A DNA stretch of 64,000 bases from the NCBI RefSeq assembly GCF_001194135.2, contig NC_068998.1:12185950-12249949 (forward strand), read 5' to 3'. Positions 1 through 28,171 of this stretch are shown in pieces (position 1 is the stretch's first letter; each line of letters opens with the position of its first letter). The notes below the pieces were generated by a model. The model saw only the letters and a program-made list of their open reading frames with translations, did no database searches and was not told the DNA's origin. Position numbers and translations under genes: made by a program. Source of the DNA: Octopus bimaculoides. Lineage: Eukaryota.

Positions 1-385
1 ATAGGGTATGACTCCTTCGTGTATCACCTGGTTCGTAATACGGGTGACTAGGCTATAGCCAACACTGCCAGATATTTTGAGCATCTCTGCAGTGATTCCT
101 GATGGGCCGGGGGCTTTCCCGGTCTTCATACTCTTAATTGCTTTATCTACCCTGGTACTATCAACTCGGATAGCTGGTCCCTCTATTGGGTCGACATAAG
201 GCAGGCTCTCTTTCTCCCATTCATTCTCTTTATTAAGCAATCTATCGTAGTGGCATCTCCAGACCTCTTTCTTTGCATCCTCATTTAATGCAAGCGTACC
301 ATCATCCATGCGAACACATTTCTCTCCTACAACATCACTATTCTCTCTCCTACACTGTCTTACAACACGAAATACCTCGAGTCTT
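1..385 (-). mobile_element. RTE-clade LINE ORF fragment (EN-RT linker), runs off the window edge
   Basis: Reverse frame reads ..VFRVVRQCRRENSDVVGEKCVRMDDGTLALNEDAKKEVWRCHYDRLLNKENEW..KAIKSMKTGKAPGPSGITAEMLK.., typical of RTE elements just before the RT domain (KAPGP.GI..EM.K). Confidence 0.8.
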
Positions 386-1087
386 GATACCAATAAAATA
401 ATATGGAGTTGATTTCATTGACTGAACCCCTTTTAGGCAATATACTGTCATGGCCACAGTATAACAACTTGGACAAGTAAGCTGAAAACGCTTACAATTG
501 TTGGCTATAAACAACAAAAACGTTTGAAAGATTAAAAAAAAAAAACTTGGGTGAAAGGATTCCAAAGAACTAAAAGAATATCTAAATGCAGAGGAAACAT
601 TTTTTAAACAGACAATAAGGCAGGGTAATTAAAAAAAATTTTAATAACAAAAATGTATTTAATGGTAGGAGATAAGCAAAGTAAAAAGTACTTAGGATTA
701 GTTAGAATATATTTGACATATTTTAATTTAGTGCAATTTCACTGCAGTTCACTCCGAAGAAAAATTTTTGCTTATGGTAAAAGTGTAAATATAGTGGGGT
801 TGACTTCATGGCCTAAACCCTTTTAGGCAACTCATGGTTACCTCTCTTTTGTGTCCTCCACTGAGCAAGTTGTAAGGAGCCAAAAATTAACCTGGGGTTC
901 CAGTAAAGAGTGCCACTGAGCTGCTAAGATATCTTTACCATGAATGAGATTTTTTTTTTTTTCCTTCACTGTAAATTGCAGTGAAATTACCTTTAGAACT
1001 AACATAGTTTCTTTCTTATCACTGCATTTGTGCTTTATTGAATCTGCTTATGTAAAAGTACTTTTGTTTTGGATATTTTAATGATTG

Positions 1088-1115
<28 letters not shown>

Positions 1116-1118
<3 letters not shown>

Positions 1119-1300
1119 CATCATTGTCGTTTAACGTCCGCTTTCCATGCTAGCATGGGTTGGACGGTTTGACTGGGGACTGGTGAAACCAGATGGCTAC
1201 ACCAGGCTCCAATCTGATTTGGCAGAGTTTCTACTGTTGGATGCCCTTCCTAACACCAACCACTCAGAGAGTGTAGAGGGTGCTTTTACGTGCCATGAAC
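1116..1300 (-). mobile_element. Short retroposon (RTE/SINE 3' tail family)
   Basis: Reverse complement of the element at ~54675-54835 (GGTTGGYGTTAGGAAGGGCATC...CCAACCCATGCTAGCATGGAAAGCGGACGTTAAACGAC, then an (ATG)n tail). Many more copies occur in the window. Confidence 0.8.
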
Positions 1301-2675
1301 TGGTTAAGAAAAGGTTGGGCTTTTTATCATTGCTGTAATTTAACAATTCTTACCTAAAATATAAAATTTCTACATGAGAACATAGTTATACCGCACACCA
1401 TAAAATAAGTTGTTTCATGAACAGAACTTATAAATTGGTGAAAAATCATGTGATTCACAGCATTAGTAGTATTAATTACATGGCCTGGATTTCTAACTTA
1501 GCCAGAAGCTTACAAATTAATTCACAGAATCCAAGTTATACAGTGAATTTTGCTCTTGCATAGACTTCAACATGCAAGTTGAGCAGGTGCGTGTTTGAGG
1601 GATTAGTTCTCAATCATAAGGGTTTGAGGCAGTTGTCTGTGGAGATTCTTGTTTGCCAGGTGACCTAGATCTCGTCCCAAGAAGCTTAAAAATAGTGAAA
1701 ACCAGTCACTATATAACCATGTGTGAAGTGAACAAGCAAATACAAACCTGTTACCCAATAAAAGATGTGCTTTTTAAGAAACCGGGAGGCAACAAAAATC
1801 CCTTCTCTAACCAAAAAGCTAACTGATTTGTATGCATATAGAGAAAATGCATGGTTAGTAACCATGGAGAACACTCCAAGGTTAGAAAGAAAAAAAATGA
1901 TTCAAGTATGCTGCCAAGTGTTGAGAGAAAAGTGGGCATTGCCTGAGGTGTACAAGAGAAGAAACAGCTATGGAGATATGAAGAATAGTCAAGTGAAGTA
2001 AAGCACTTCTACAAAAGGAAGCCAATGAAATGGTGAGATCTAATATAAGTAGCAAAATACTAATGAACCAGACGTCCAGCTGATACAGAATTATCTTTTA
2101 TAGCTTTGAGATTTCAATGATGTGATCGTTTATTTTTTTGAATGACACTGTAGGAGAGGTAAGAGATCAGATCCGGTCAGTTTGGCCCGGATATAGCCAA
2201 CCAAATGCTTTTAAGTAAAACCATTTACACACAGGTACTGTTCGTGGCTAAACTACCAATAAGCATTTGAATGCAGAATATCTATTTGAATCAAAAACTA
2301 TTTTCATCCAAAGAAATTATTCATACTGAGAAAGTAGCATTATTACTAGTTAAGGGAGATAACTGGAAAAATGGAACGGTTGACCTTTGATAAGTACAGT
2401 AAAAATTCTGGACAATTCGGTTTCATACTTCTTCGGAGAAGCATTTTCTAATATGTACTTACCAGGTCTGAGAATGGCTTGAGAGGATATACTTTTTTTC
2501 TGTGAAAATTATTCAGATTAAGCTATTTAAACATGACGGGAAAATATCTAACTGTATGCAGGTAACGGTAGAATGCACACAGCTGTGAGGACAGCATCAA
2601 TGAAACTTGGGGGATTCCTATGTACTGGAGTCATGACAGCAATACTAACAAAACAATTTTAATATTACCACCACT

Positions 2676-3045
2676 CAAGGCAGTGAGCTGGCAGAATTGT
2701 TAGAGCACCAGGTAAAATTCTTAGCATTTTGTCTATCAGGGTCAATAAAATAAGCACCAGTTGAACTTTGAGATCGATGTAATCAATTTGCTCCTTTGAA
2801 ATTGTTGGCCTTGTCCCCATAGTAAAAAGAAATGTTATCACTACTCAAGGTGGTGAGTGCTTAGCTGCATTTCATCAGTTTTTATATTCTGAGTTCAGTT
2901 CAAATTCTGCCATGGTTGGCTTTGCTTATCAACCTGGAACAGGGGGCAAAAATATATGTACCAGTTGAACACTGGTCAATGTAATCAACTTACTCTTGCC
3001 CCTGGAGTTGCTGGCCTTGTGCCAAAATTTGAAACCAATATTACT
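2676..3045 (+). mobile_element. Two degenerate tandem tRNA-derived SINE copies
   Basis: Head AAGGCAGTGAGCTGGCAGAATTGTTAG and body GAGTTCAAATTC..GTACCAGTTGAACACTGG..GGCCTTGTGCC are shared with copies at 17590, 30270 and 54285. Confidence 0.65.
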
Positions 3046-3665
3046 ACCGCTCAATATATAAATAGAAACTGGGTGGGTCATTAGCTAAATTGGGGGTTAG
3101 TGACCAATTCACATTCACAATGACCAAGGTGCTAAAATCATCAAAAAGGGGTCCCTCGATTAAGTGGTGGAAGAGGTGGCTTTATGCTAGGTGCCTGGGA
3201 GGGTAGTAAATTATCATAGAAGTCAAGTACAAACAATTGTCTTACTACAAAGAGATACATGGCCATTTTGCATTTTATAAGGGCAGATGTGAGGCTGTAA
3301 TGGGGTACCAGAGCAAGGGAGGATATGGGGAATGGATCAAGAGGGGTGGGAGGTTACAAGAGTATGAAGGAAAAGTAAAAGATGGTTAGAAATAGGGACA
3401 AAAAACATTGCTGCAGCTAGGAACCAAAACTTCACCCACAGATATTAGAAATATTCAAAAAGGTGATAGGAAAAAAAAAAAAACTTAACATATTTTGAAA
3501 TAACATTTATTATCAAATTTTCATAAGAAATTTTATTTAAAATAAAAAGGAAGATATGAAACGAAGGCCATCTTGCATTATTTGTGTTCAGTCATCCACG
3601 TTAGCTCACTGAGCTTAAAAACCTAACACTCCTGGCCTAATAAACCTCCTCAAACCATCTTATGT

Positions 3666-13614
<9,949 letters not shown>

Positions 13615-13689
13615 GGTTTATACTTCGCAAGCAAATAACCAAGTTGGATAAGATGAAATTGGACTGCTGTAGTACGTGTNNNNNNNNNN

Positions 13690-13724
<35 letters not shown>

Positions 13725-13737
13725 AGAAGAGAGGGGG

Positions 13738-14090
13738 CGGAGTGATATAGTTATATATAAACTGAAAGAGAGGGTAAGAAATATAGTTATATATAAAGTA
13801 CGAGAGAGGGGAGAGATATCATCATATACAAAGTAAGAGAGGGGAGAGAGATAACTATATACAAAATAAGACAGAGAGGAAGAAAGAGGGAGAGAGAAAT
13901 ACTTATATAAAGAGAGGGTGAACAGAGATATTATATATAATTTAACAGAGAGGAGGGATTGAGAGATTAGAAAGAAAGAAAGAGAGAGAGAGAAAAGAAA
14001 TTTGAGCGAGAAAAGGCGAGATTAAATAGAGAGGGGAGAAATGAGGGAGTAACTGTGAAATTAGAAAAAAAAGAAAGAGACAGAGAGAAA
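13738..14090. repeat. Purine-rich degenerate minisatellite / (GA)n low-complexity tract
   Basis: Repeated ~30-36-bp units like AGAGAGGGGAGAGATATAGTTATATATAAAGT grading into (GA)n. Confidence 0.7.
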
Positions 14091-15561
14091 CAGTCACGTA
14101 TTCAGCTGACAGTTCATTTGCTTTAGTATTATATTTGCTGCACTTTACTCAGAGACATTCCTCTTACGCTAGAAAACGAAAAATACTATTCAGAGAACAA
14201 CTTTGTTTTGGATTTGTACAAATCCTATATTAAAAGTTGATGGCTACTGAAATGTGATTATTCACTTCTTTAGGACTTTAGGGAGAAATTAGTAGAGACT
14301 GAAAATACTTTCTCCTATTTAAACACAAATCCCTTGCTAAGGAGAATAACTAGGATATTGTAACGCTACTTTTTTTACGTGGTATTTGTGTCGAGGGTGA
14401 AGTGTTATCTATGGTTTCAACCCAACATATAAAAAAAAAAACTATTTCGGGGGTTCGATTGCTCTGAAAATAACATCTCTGCGGCTATTAGTTTGAACCG
14501 AATTGAAGTGAAAAAATATAAGCTTTTCTCAACAACACTAACAGTAAAATGTTTTATATGGCACATTCTACCAGTGTCCGAAGTTTGAAAGTGTTCAGTT
14601 ACAAAAAAAAAATTAATTTCTAATCTGAACCTTTCCCCCCTTTTTTTTTTTTTTACGGAATCCCACGTTTTAGGCTATGGAGATTCCGATTCTGAAAAAA
14701 AAATTTCAAAATTTCTATCCCCCCCCTCCGGTTTTTATATAGATCCACACCCGGTGGAAAAAGTGAAAAAAAAAATAGTGTAGTAGTTGAAATGCACCTT
14801 ATATGAAATAAATATGAAGGAAAAAATGCGCTTTGGCAAACGGGGTTAGGGTTAGGTTTTGAGTTAGTGGGGAAAGGTTCAGATAACATACAGCCCGTCT
14901 CCGCCGATTTGGCTGCAATCTCCAGCGGGTCGAGTGAATTCATAGAAACTCCGTCGTTGGTTCGTTATAATGAAATAAACTGGAAAGGTGATGTTCACCG
15001 TGGGTCAATATGGAGTGTAGGGGAAGCGCGTGCTGAAGAAATATTGGTGGGGTAACATATTTCTCAATAAAATATATATTGAGTAGTTCAGTCGCAAGGA
15101 GGAAAAAGGGAAAATTAATTTGATTTAAAATTAAGAAGCAAACTTGTTGCATGTTGACAAAATTTCAAAATTACCCCACCCTCCCCACGGTAAAGTATCA
15201 ATGTTCATAATTAGGAGTTATACCCACGGAAAAAAATGAGAAAGGAAACTATATTAAGTAGTATATTTGCTTTCTATGTATCTTAGAACAAGGAATAAAC
15301 AGGTAGATTTGATTTCAATGTTACGGTTTAACAGCCTGAATTTAATTTTCACCTAAATATGCAACACTTGTCACATTCTGAACCTAAATTAAGTTCACTG
15401 ATTTCAATATTCATGATATGTATTTGCTATACGAAGAATAAAAATATCAGCAAAAGCGTATATTTTCAGTTAGATATACAGCAACATTTAATTAATTATG
15501 GAAAAAGATTAATGGCATGAATACGATACTATTGCTGAGAATGAGTCGTTAACTTTATTAC

Positions 15562-15598
15562 TATATATATAAGCAATTCCCTCTTGAACTTCCTTTCT
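15562..15598 (+). promoter_or_regulatory. TATA box plus polypyrimidine initiator (TCT / 5'TOP) of RPS27 copy B
   Basis: TATATATATAA at 15562-15572 lies ~27 nt before CTTCCTTTCT (15589-15598), which is ~30 nt before the ATG at 15619. This is the classic ribosomal-protein gene start. Confidence 0.8.
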
Positions 15599-15618
15599 GT
15601 ACGGTTTAACGGGACATC

Positions 15619-21282
<5,664 letters not shown>

Positions 21283-23600
21283 TAGTGATGACCTGAAGTT
21301 ATTTATGGTTTAAAATAAAAGAAATTGAGCCTCATCTCATGTCTTACAGTTTTTACTTTATTACACAAAACCAGTGATTTCAGTGTTATTTAATATACAT
21401 AGTAAGTGTTAAAATAGAGTTTCTGACAAAATATTTCGTTTCATTTCCATGTTTCAGTTGAAATTCTGCTATGGTCAACGTTGCCTTTTCATATTCAGGA
21501 TCTATAAAACATGGGCTAGTATGTACTCTTCCCAGCAAAAGTATGGCATTTTGCTAATGTTAGAAATTGGTAAACAATAGAATTAGCAATTCTTTTTCCT
21601 AATATTTCATGACTAAAACCGTTTTAAATTTGATTGCAGAGTCTAGTGTATTGCTTATTAACTTTTTCAATGTGGAATTAAATTTCATGGTTATTCCAGC
21701 AACGATCTTAAATATCAACCAAAGAATAGAATTGGCATTTTCTGCAAGTGATATTGCCTTAATAAATTTGTTATAAATTGTTTCATATATGCCATTCCTC
21801 AACAAAAGGTAGATTGGTAATGAAATTTTGAGCAGATATATCTGATTTCCATAGCAAAAGAGATAACTAATTTCTGCAGTTTGTTGATTGGTCTTGGCTA
21901 TTTCTGACAAACTTGTGCATGAATCATAACATTGTTGGTGTTTATAGAACATTACTATACTATCAGAAATGTAATACAAGAGAGTGGTAATAAGGAAACG
22001 AGCCAGTGTGTGTTGGGGTTGGATAATAAAGATTGTATTTGAATGTATCTTTGTGTGTGCACATTCTCATAGAAATATATATTGGTGAATTTCTAAGTAA
22101 GGAGGAGGTGTATATTTCTGCGGGCTTGGTCATGCTGAGAGTTTGTAGAAATAAAATTTCTCTTCTTGATTGTCTAAAGGAGGAAAGGCACATTGTAAAA
22201 TGCACTGGAATAAATGAGATGATCATATGGCTTCAGCACCGGATTATATACAGCTGGTTTTGGCATAAATAAGAGTTTTTTTTTTAATTGAGGCAGCGTT
22301 TTTCTGTTGAAATACACTGACTTTAACTCTTTCATTACCGTATTTATTTTGAGATGCTCTGTTTCTTTCAATTACTTTCAATATAACAAAAAATTTAGTA
22401 AACTAACTTAGCTATCATTAAGCTGGTGTTAGGAACATAAATAGTGACTAAGGTTTGGTGGAAGATTTTAATTCAAAGCTTATGTCAACAAGACATTTGT
22501 ACTACACAGCCAGTTTCAGCTGGGTTGGTATCAAAAGGGTTAACTTAATTTTAAATTGTGAAAATAATGTACAATTTAGTAAAATTACTTTATTATTAAG
22601 CTGATATTAGGAACTTCAATAGGTTTTAATTAAAATCACTTTAAAACAGGAAGTTAATATTGAATGAGGAACAATTTAACATCAAGAAAGTTAATGTTGC
22701 AAGTTCTTTTGACAGCTCAATAGAAACAACTGGAAATCAATACTGGATTGTCAATGAAGCCATTTCCACTTTATTGATGAGTTTGTTCATTAACATTCAG
22801 CTTGGTGAATGAAGTTATAGGCTCCTTAGTTTAACCCCAGGTCAAACCTGATTAGAGGCATTTCGATCCTAACTGCCTCATCTAGGGAACTCCAGATCAG
22901 TGTGGCTATTTTTTAGAGGGTAATCATAGTGTGATTTGGCTGCTATTTCTAGCAGGTTGTACCAAGTAGATACTCTCAATTACCAATGAATTTAACATCT
23001 CAGGTCCGAATATTTCTTTTCCAGCACCTTTCTAACATTACTATTAGCAGCAATCTTAGCTGGCTTCAGTTACTCATTTTATGGCTGGCTAATGATGGTG
23101 TTAATCACTCTTTGTCTAAAGTAGGCATGGGTGAACTTACTTGCATTGGGCCAGGCCATAAGAGATTACTCATAAAGCTCTGTCCACACCACTAACAGGA
23201 TAATACTGTAGGGAGTACAAGGGGGTGAGTTGGTTGAATTGTTCATATGCTGGGTAAAATGCTTCATGGTAATTCGTCTGAAGTATCAGTTGAGTTGATT
23301 TTTTTTTTTTCTAACCCCTTCAGGATGTTGCCCCTGCATAGCTGTAGCCCAATGACTGGATCATCGTCATCATTTAATGTCTGTTTTCCATGCTGGCATG
23401 GGTTGGAGGGTTTGAAAAGAGCTGTCTGGACTCCAATTGTCTATTTTGATATGGTTTCTATGGCTTGATATCTTTCTGTTGTGGAGGACACCCCCGAGTG
23501 AGAGAAGTGGGCTATTGCACCACAATTAAATAGTGGACAGGCACAAGTGGTGTCAAACTGCGAGGTACGCCATTTGGGCTAGTCATACAGACAATGAAGT

Positions 23601-23947
23601 GGAGGCGCAATGGGCCAGTGGTTAGCGCAGCGGACTTGCGGTTTCGATTCCCAGACTGGGCGTTGTGAGTGTTTATTGAGCGAAAACACCTAAAGCTCCA
23701 CGAGGCTCGAGCAGGGGACAGTGGCGAACCCTGCTGTACTCTTCCACCACAACTTTCTCTCACTCTTACTTCCTGTTTCTGTTGTACCTGTATTTCAAAG
23801 GGCCAGTCTTGTCACACTGTATATCCCCAAGAACTACGTTAAGGGTACACGTGTCTGTGGAGTGCTCAGCCACTTGCACGTTAATTTTACGAGCAGGCTG
23901 TTCCGTTAAATGGATCAACTGGAACCCTCGATGGAGTGCCAACAACA
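23601..23947 (+). mobile_element. tRNA-derived SINE with 14-bp TSD and (AAC)n tail
   Basis: ACAGACAATGAAGT at 23587-23600 and 23948-23961. Same family as 5718-6161. Confidence 0.92.
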
Positions 23948-24870
23948 ACAGACAATGAAGTAAGTCGTTATAATGTGGGACATATCAGTGTCAAGCAAGG
24001 CAACACTTTCCTAATGACAACCACTACACAGAGTATGCGGGTTGCTTTTCATGTGCCACCAGCACGGGAACAGATGACTTTGACATACATTTATAAAAAA
24101 AAGCAAAAGGGTTGCTTGTGGCCCCAATGTCGGGCTTCTCATGCTTGAACTAAAGTATACACTATTTAATCCATTTCTGTCCATTTGGTTTGTACTGGCC
24201 ACACTACACAAAATTCTTTACCGTTTACCGGTTTGCTGAATGCAGCCACTTTATCGCTGGAGTTAAGTGACCCATTCCAAAATTTTATACCAGACATCAT
24301 ATCTTGTCACTTTGAAGTCCACTTTTCCATCTTTGCATGTTGGATAAATCTTGTTAAAGTGCATTTACTACGGCCGATGACCTTTTTGTTGCCAACCCTT
24401 ACCTGTTTCCAAGTAAGGTAATAATTCTCTTTGACCAGACGTTTTCATGGAAGATGAACGAAGGACAGTAACATTTGTTTACAACTATCAAGGCAAAGAG
24501 ACAGTAACACACACACACACATATATATACACATATGATAGGCTTCTTTAGGTTTCTGTCTACCAAATCACATGGCTTTGGTTGGCCCAGGGCTATAGCA
24601 GAAGACACTTGCTCGAGGTGTCACAAAGTGGGATTGAACCTGGAACCTTCAGAGAAAAAATTAAATCTGTACCTTAATATAGGATAATTTTATTTTAAGT
24701 ATGTATACAATTTGGAATAATACATTGAGTCAATAAATAATAGGAGCATTGTTTTCTTTTTTACAATTGTTGTAATCAGAGTCTGAAAATGCTTATTTCT
24801 CTGTAGATTTCTTGGCTGTCTCAGCTTTGGATCTGAATATACTGCATGGCAATCAGTTTTTCTCTGATCT

Positions 24871-27800
24871 TCATCTAAAACATTCATTATTCAACGTTAA
24901 TATCAGCCATTTATGAAAAGAGAAAGGGAATACAAAAACCAAATGAGAATTATTGTGAATGCGGTTCACACAAGAAATGCAAGATTCAATCTATTAATAT
25001 TCTAATCAGTTTGTTTCCATGCTGTAAAACCATTGCTAAAACTAGTTATAAATAGACATGATGACACACCACTCTTGATAGCAAGTTACTCATGCTGCAC
25101 CTCCAGCAGTCAAAAGAAATCAGGTTTTTTTTTTTTTTGTCTGAGATGTTGTATATGTGTATGTGAGACAAGGTGTGTGGCCTAGGTGTTGCATTCATCA
25201 TTGCAAGATCATGGTTTCAATTCCCAGCCTGGCAGTGCACTGTGTTGTTGAGCGAAACACTTCATTTCATGTTGCTCCAGTTCACCCAGTTGTGAATGGG
25301 TAACCCTGTAATGGATTAGAATTCCCTTTAAGGGGAATGTTGACCTGCCTACCTAGTGAGCAGGTTGGTATTATGGGAAAATAAAACAATTCATTTCTAC
25401 AGCTAAGTGAAATGGAGCTACATGAAATAAAGTGTCTTGCTCAAGAACACAACACACAGCCTGGCCCAGGAATCGAACTCACCACCTCATGATTGTGATC
25501 CCAACACTCTAACAATGTGCCTTCACACACACATAAAATAATTGATTAAAAGTATTTTTGTATGGATAAAAGCAATAAACATTAATTGAATTAAAGACTT
25601 GGTATATATGTAGAGTCTGATATTTAAAATGATTTACTTTTGTTGACAGCAATCTTAAAGTTTCTTAAACCATATATCAGTGAAACTTCAAATTCTCTAT
25701 CAACACACTTATAGATATGTATATGTATATATGTGTGTTTGGAGACACATGATAAAATATACAATAATCCATTACAATATAATATACAATAATCCATTAC
25801 AATATAATATACAATAATTCATGTTGGTGAAAATGAATTCTAAACAGTTAAAAAATATATATATAAAATAATTACCTCTGTAAAGTTGTTGGGGCAGACT
25901 GAGATGTATTTCCATGGGCCTTGTTGAGACGCTGTCGGCGCTTTTGATGTGCAAGTGACAAAGAGGCACTTCTTATATTTATTGGAGTATCGCGATTATT
26001 TGACAATTGACGAAGACTAAGGGAAGCTTGCCGAATTGAAGTGTACTGAGTTAGCTCAGATCTGCAATGTAATGTTTGTGTGATAAGTAAAACTAATGGA
26101 GTTTTAAGGATGTAGGATTTAGACCAGTGGCTAAACAGACAGCTAATAGGTTAAAGGTAGAGAGATGTACTCTATATATGTCATTAGGACTGGCACAAAC
26201 TATGTGCCATCTGGTTTAACACTGAAAATGTAAATAGTAGGTCGACACTAATTTAACCTCTTAACATACACATTTGTCTTCAATTTCTATGCAAAAAATA
26301 TTTTTTATTTATTCATTTTGAATCTGTGTATAAGGAAGAATAAGTACACAAATTTTTTTGGATCAGTTATGATTTATTCCGAAGTTACTAATAGAAATGA
26401 TGGTTAGTGGTAGAAGACAGGAATAACATCACAGATGAAGTATTTCAGGTTAGAAATAAGTGACAGATACCCCAGAGTATAGTGAATGTATATTTTCATT
26501 TAAATATATATTTACTAGATATGTCTGAATGAAAATATACGAGATAATATGTTAAGAGGTTAATGCTGATTATGATACCAGAATTGCAGGTGCTAGCTCC
26601 AACATATTCGATCCACAGCAAAGAATATGTGTAAAAAACAACTTACTATCTTCAATTCAGTTTTTGTGCCTATCCTCACCTATAGTCAAGAATGTTGGGT
26701 AACAACTGAAATATTGTTCCTCTGAAAGGTCTCTGAAGTGACGTTACCAGACAGGATGAGTAGCTCAGAGATCAGGGAGGCTCTCCAGCTTGAGTTGCTA
26801 CTTCTCTGCTCTGAGAAGTCACAGCTCTGACACTACAGACATTTTATTAGAATGTCACAGGAAAGAACTGCTAGACAAATTCTTTGAGCTGAGCTAACCA
26901 GCAAGATTCCTCGAGGTGGACCAAGAATGAGATGGTTAGATAATATTCATCGTCTCTGTTGGATATACTTGGGAATTCAGTTGGACAGTATAATGATGGC
27001 TGCTTCTGATAAAACCCCACGAAAGGTATGCCTTAGGGCTACCTAGATGAACCTCCCAGGAATAGAAAGTGGAGAAGATGGATGGATGGTTGGAAAAATA
27101 TTAGTGGATTGAATAGCTTTGTAAATAAAAAGAGAAGCATACATTGCCATGTATTTTATACAAGATCTTTTTTATGACAACTGTTTTATCAGACAGTTGA
27201 ACCAGTACATGAGTAATATGGCGATGAGCAAAGAGTCTTGTCCCACCTCAAAATGCAATAACTGTGATTGGGTGTTAAACTATGAGACAAATAGCTCAAT
27301 ATGGATCATTGTTTCTAAAAATCAAAAAAAATTAACTTACTCTGGTGTCTGACAAATTCTTTTCTCTCTGGAAAGAAGAAAAAAACAAAACATTTTAGAT
27401 AACTGCTACTATATATTTTTGTATTTATTTGCAACTTCATAAAAATATACTGAATAAACCATTTGAGATTTTAAAGTGAGAGAATGAGAGATCAGGACTG
27501 ATTATTTCTCCCCTAATATAAATTAAATTAGTGAAATTGATTCTCAATTTTATCAAAATTACCTCTCATTCCTAGCACCTCTAGGCTATTGTTTATTTTC
27601 TCCTATTTAATGGTCATCTCCTCAGATAATGTTGGGCTTTGGTGCTATTTTATCTAAAATGCCTTTAACAATTGACCAGGAAGCAGTGATTAAACACTAT
27701 ACTTTAGTGAGTAAAATTTTGTTGCAGTATATTTTCTTATTTATAGGCATAATTTTAAAGATACACGTTGTGGCTCTTGAACATAAAACAAAAATCATAT

Positions 27801-28104
27801 ATGGCTCATCATATGAAATTTGGTCATATAATAAGACACGGAAAAACAATCAAATATATAATGACTGTCATCAACATCATATCATTTTCACATCCACTTT
27901 TCCATGCTTGCATGAGTCATATGGAATATTACAAGCAGATTCCCTTTCTGTTGCCAGCATTGCAAAGATGTTTTCCCATGGTTAGACATGTTTACACCGA
28001 AGATTAGAACTGAATGGCATAGCTTGCACATTAATTTCATGAGCAAGCAGTTCTGTTGATCGTATCAGCTGGGACCCTCATCGTCATAACAGATGGAGTG
28101 CTCC

Positions 28105-28171
<67 letters not shown>

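Noticed and set aside
2463-2499. 37-nt minus-strand exon candidate (KKVYPLKPFSDL) with good splice sites
   Set aside because: No partner exons or homology were found; such sites arise by chance in AT-rich DNA.
14653-15055. ORFs of 96 and 62 aa in the RPS27 spacer as a small gene
   Set aside because: The PNPNP content comes from TTAGGG-like repeats, and there is no homology or convincing splice structure.
25755-25820. 25-bp tandem repeat (~2.5 copies) as a CRISPR-like or functional array
   Set aside because: Eukaryotic intron, no unique spacers; an ordinary slippage duplication.
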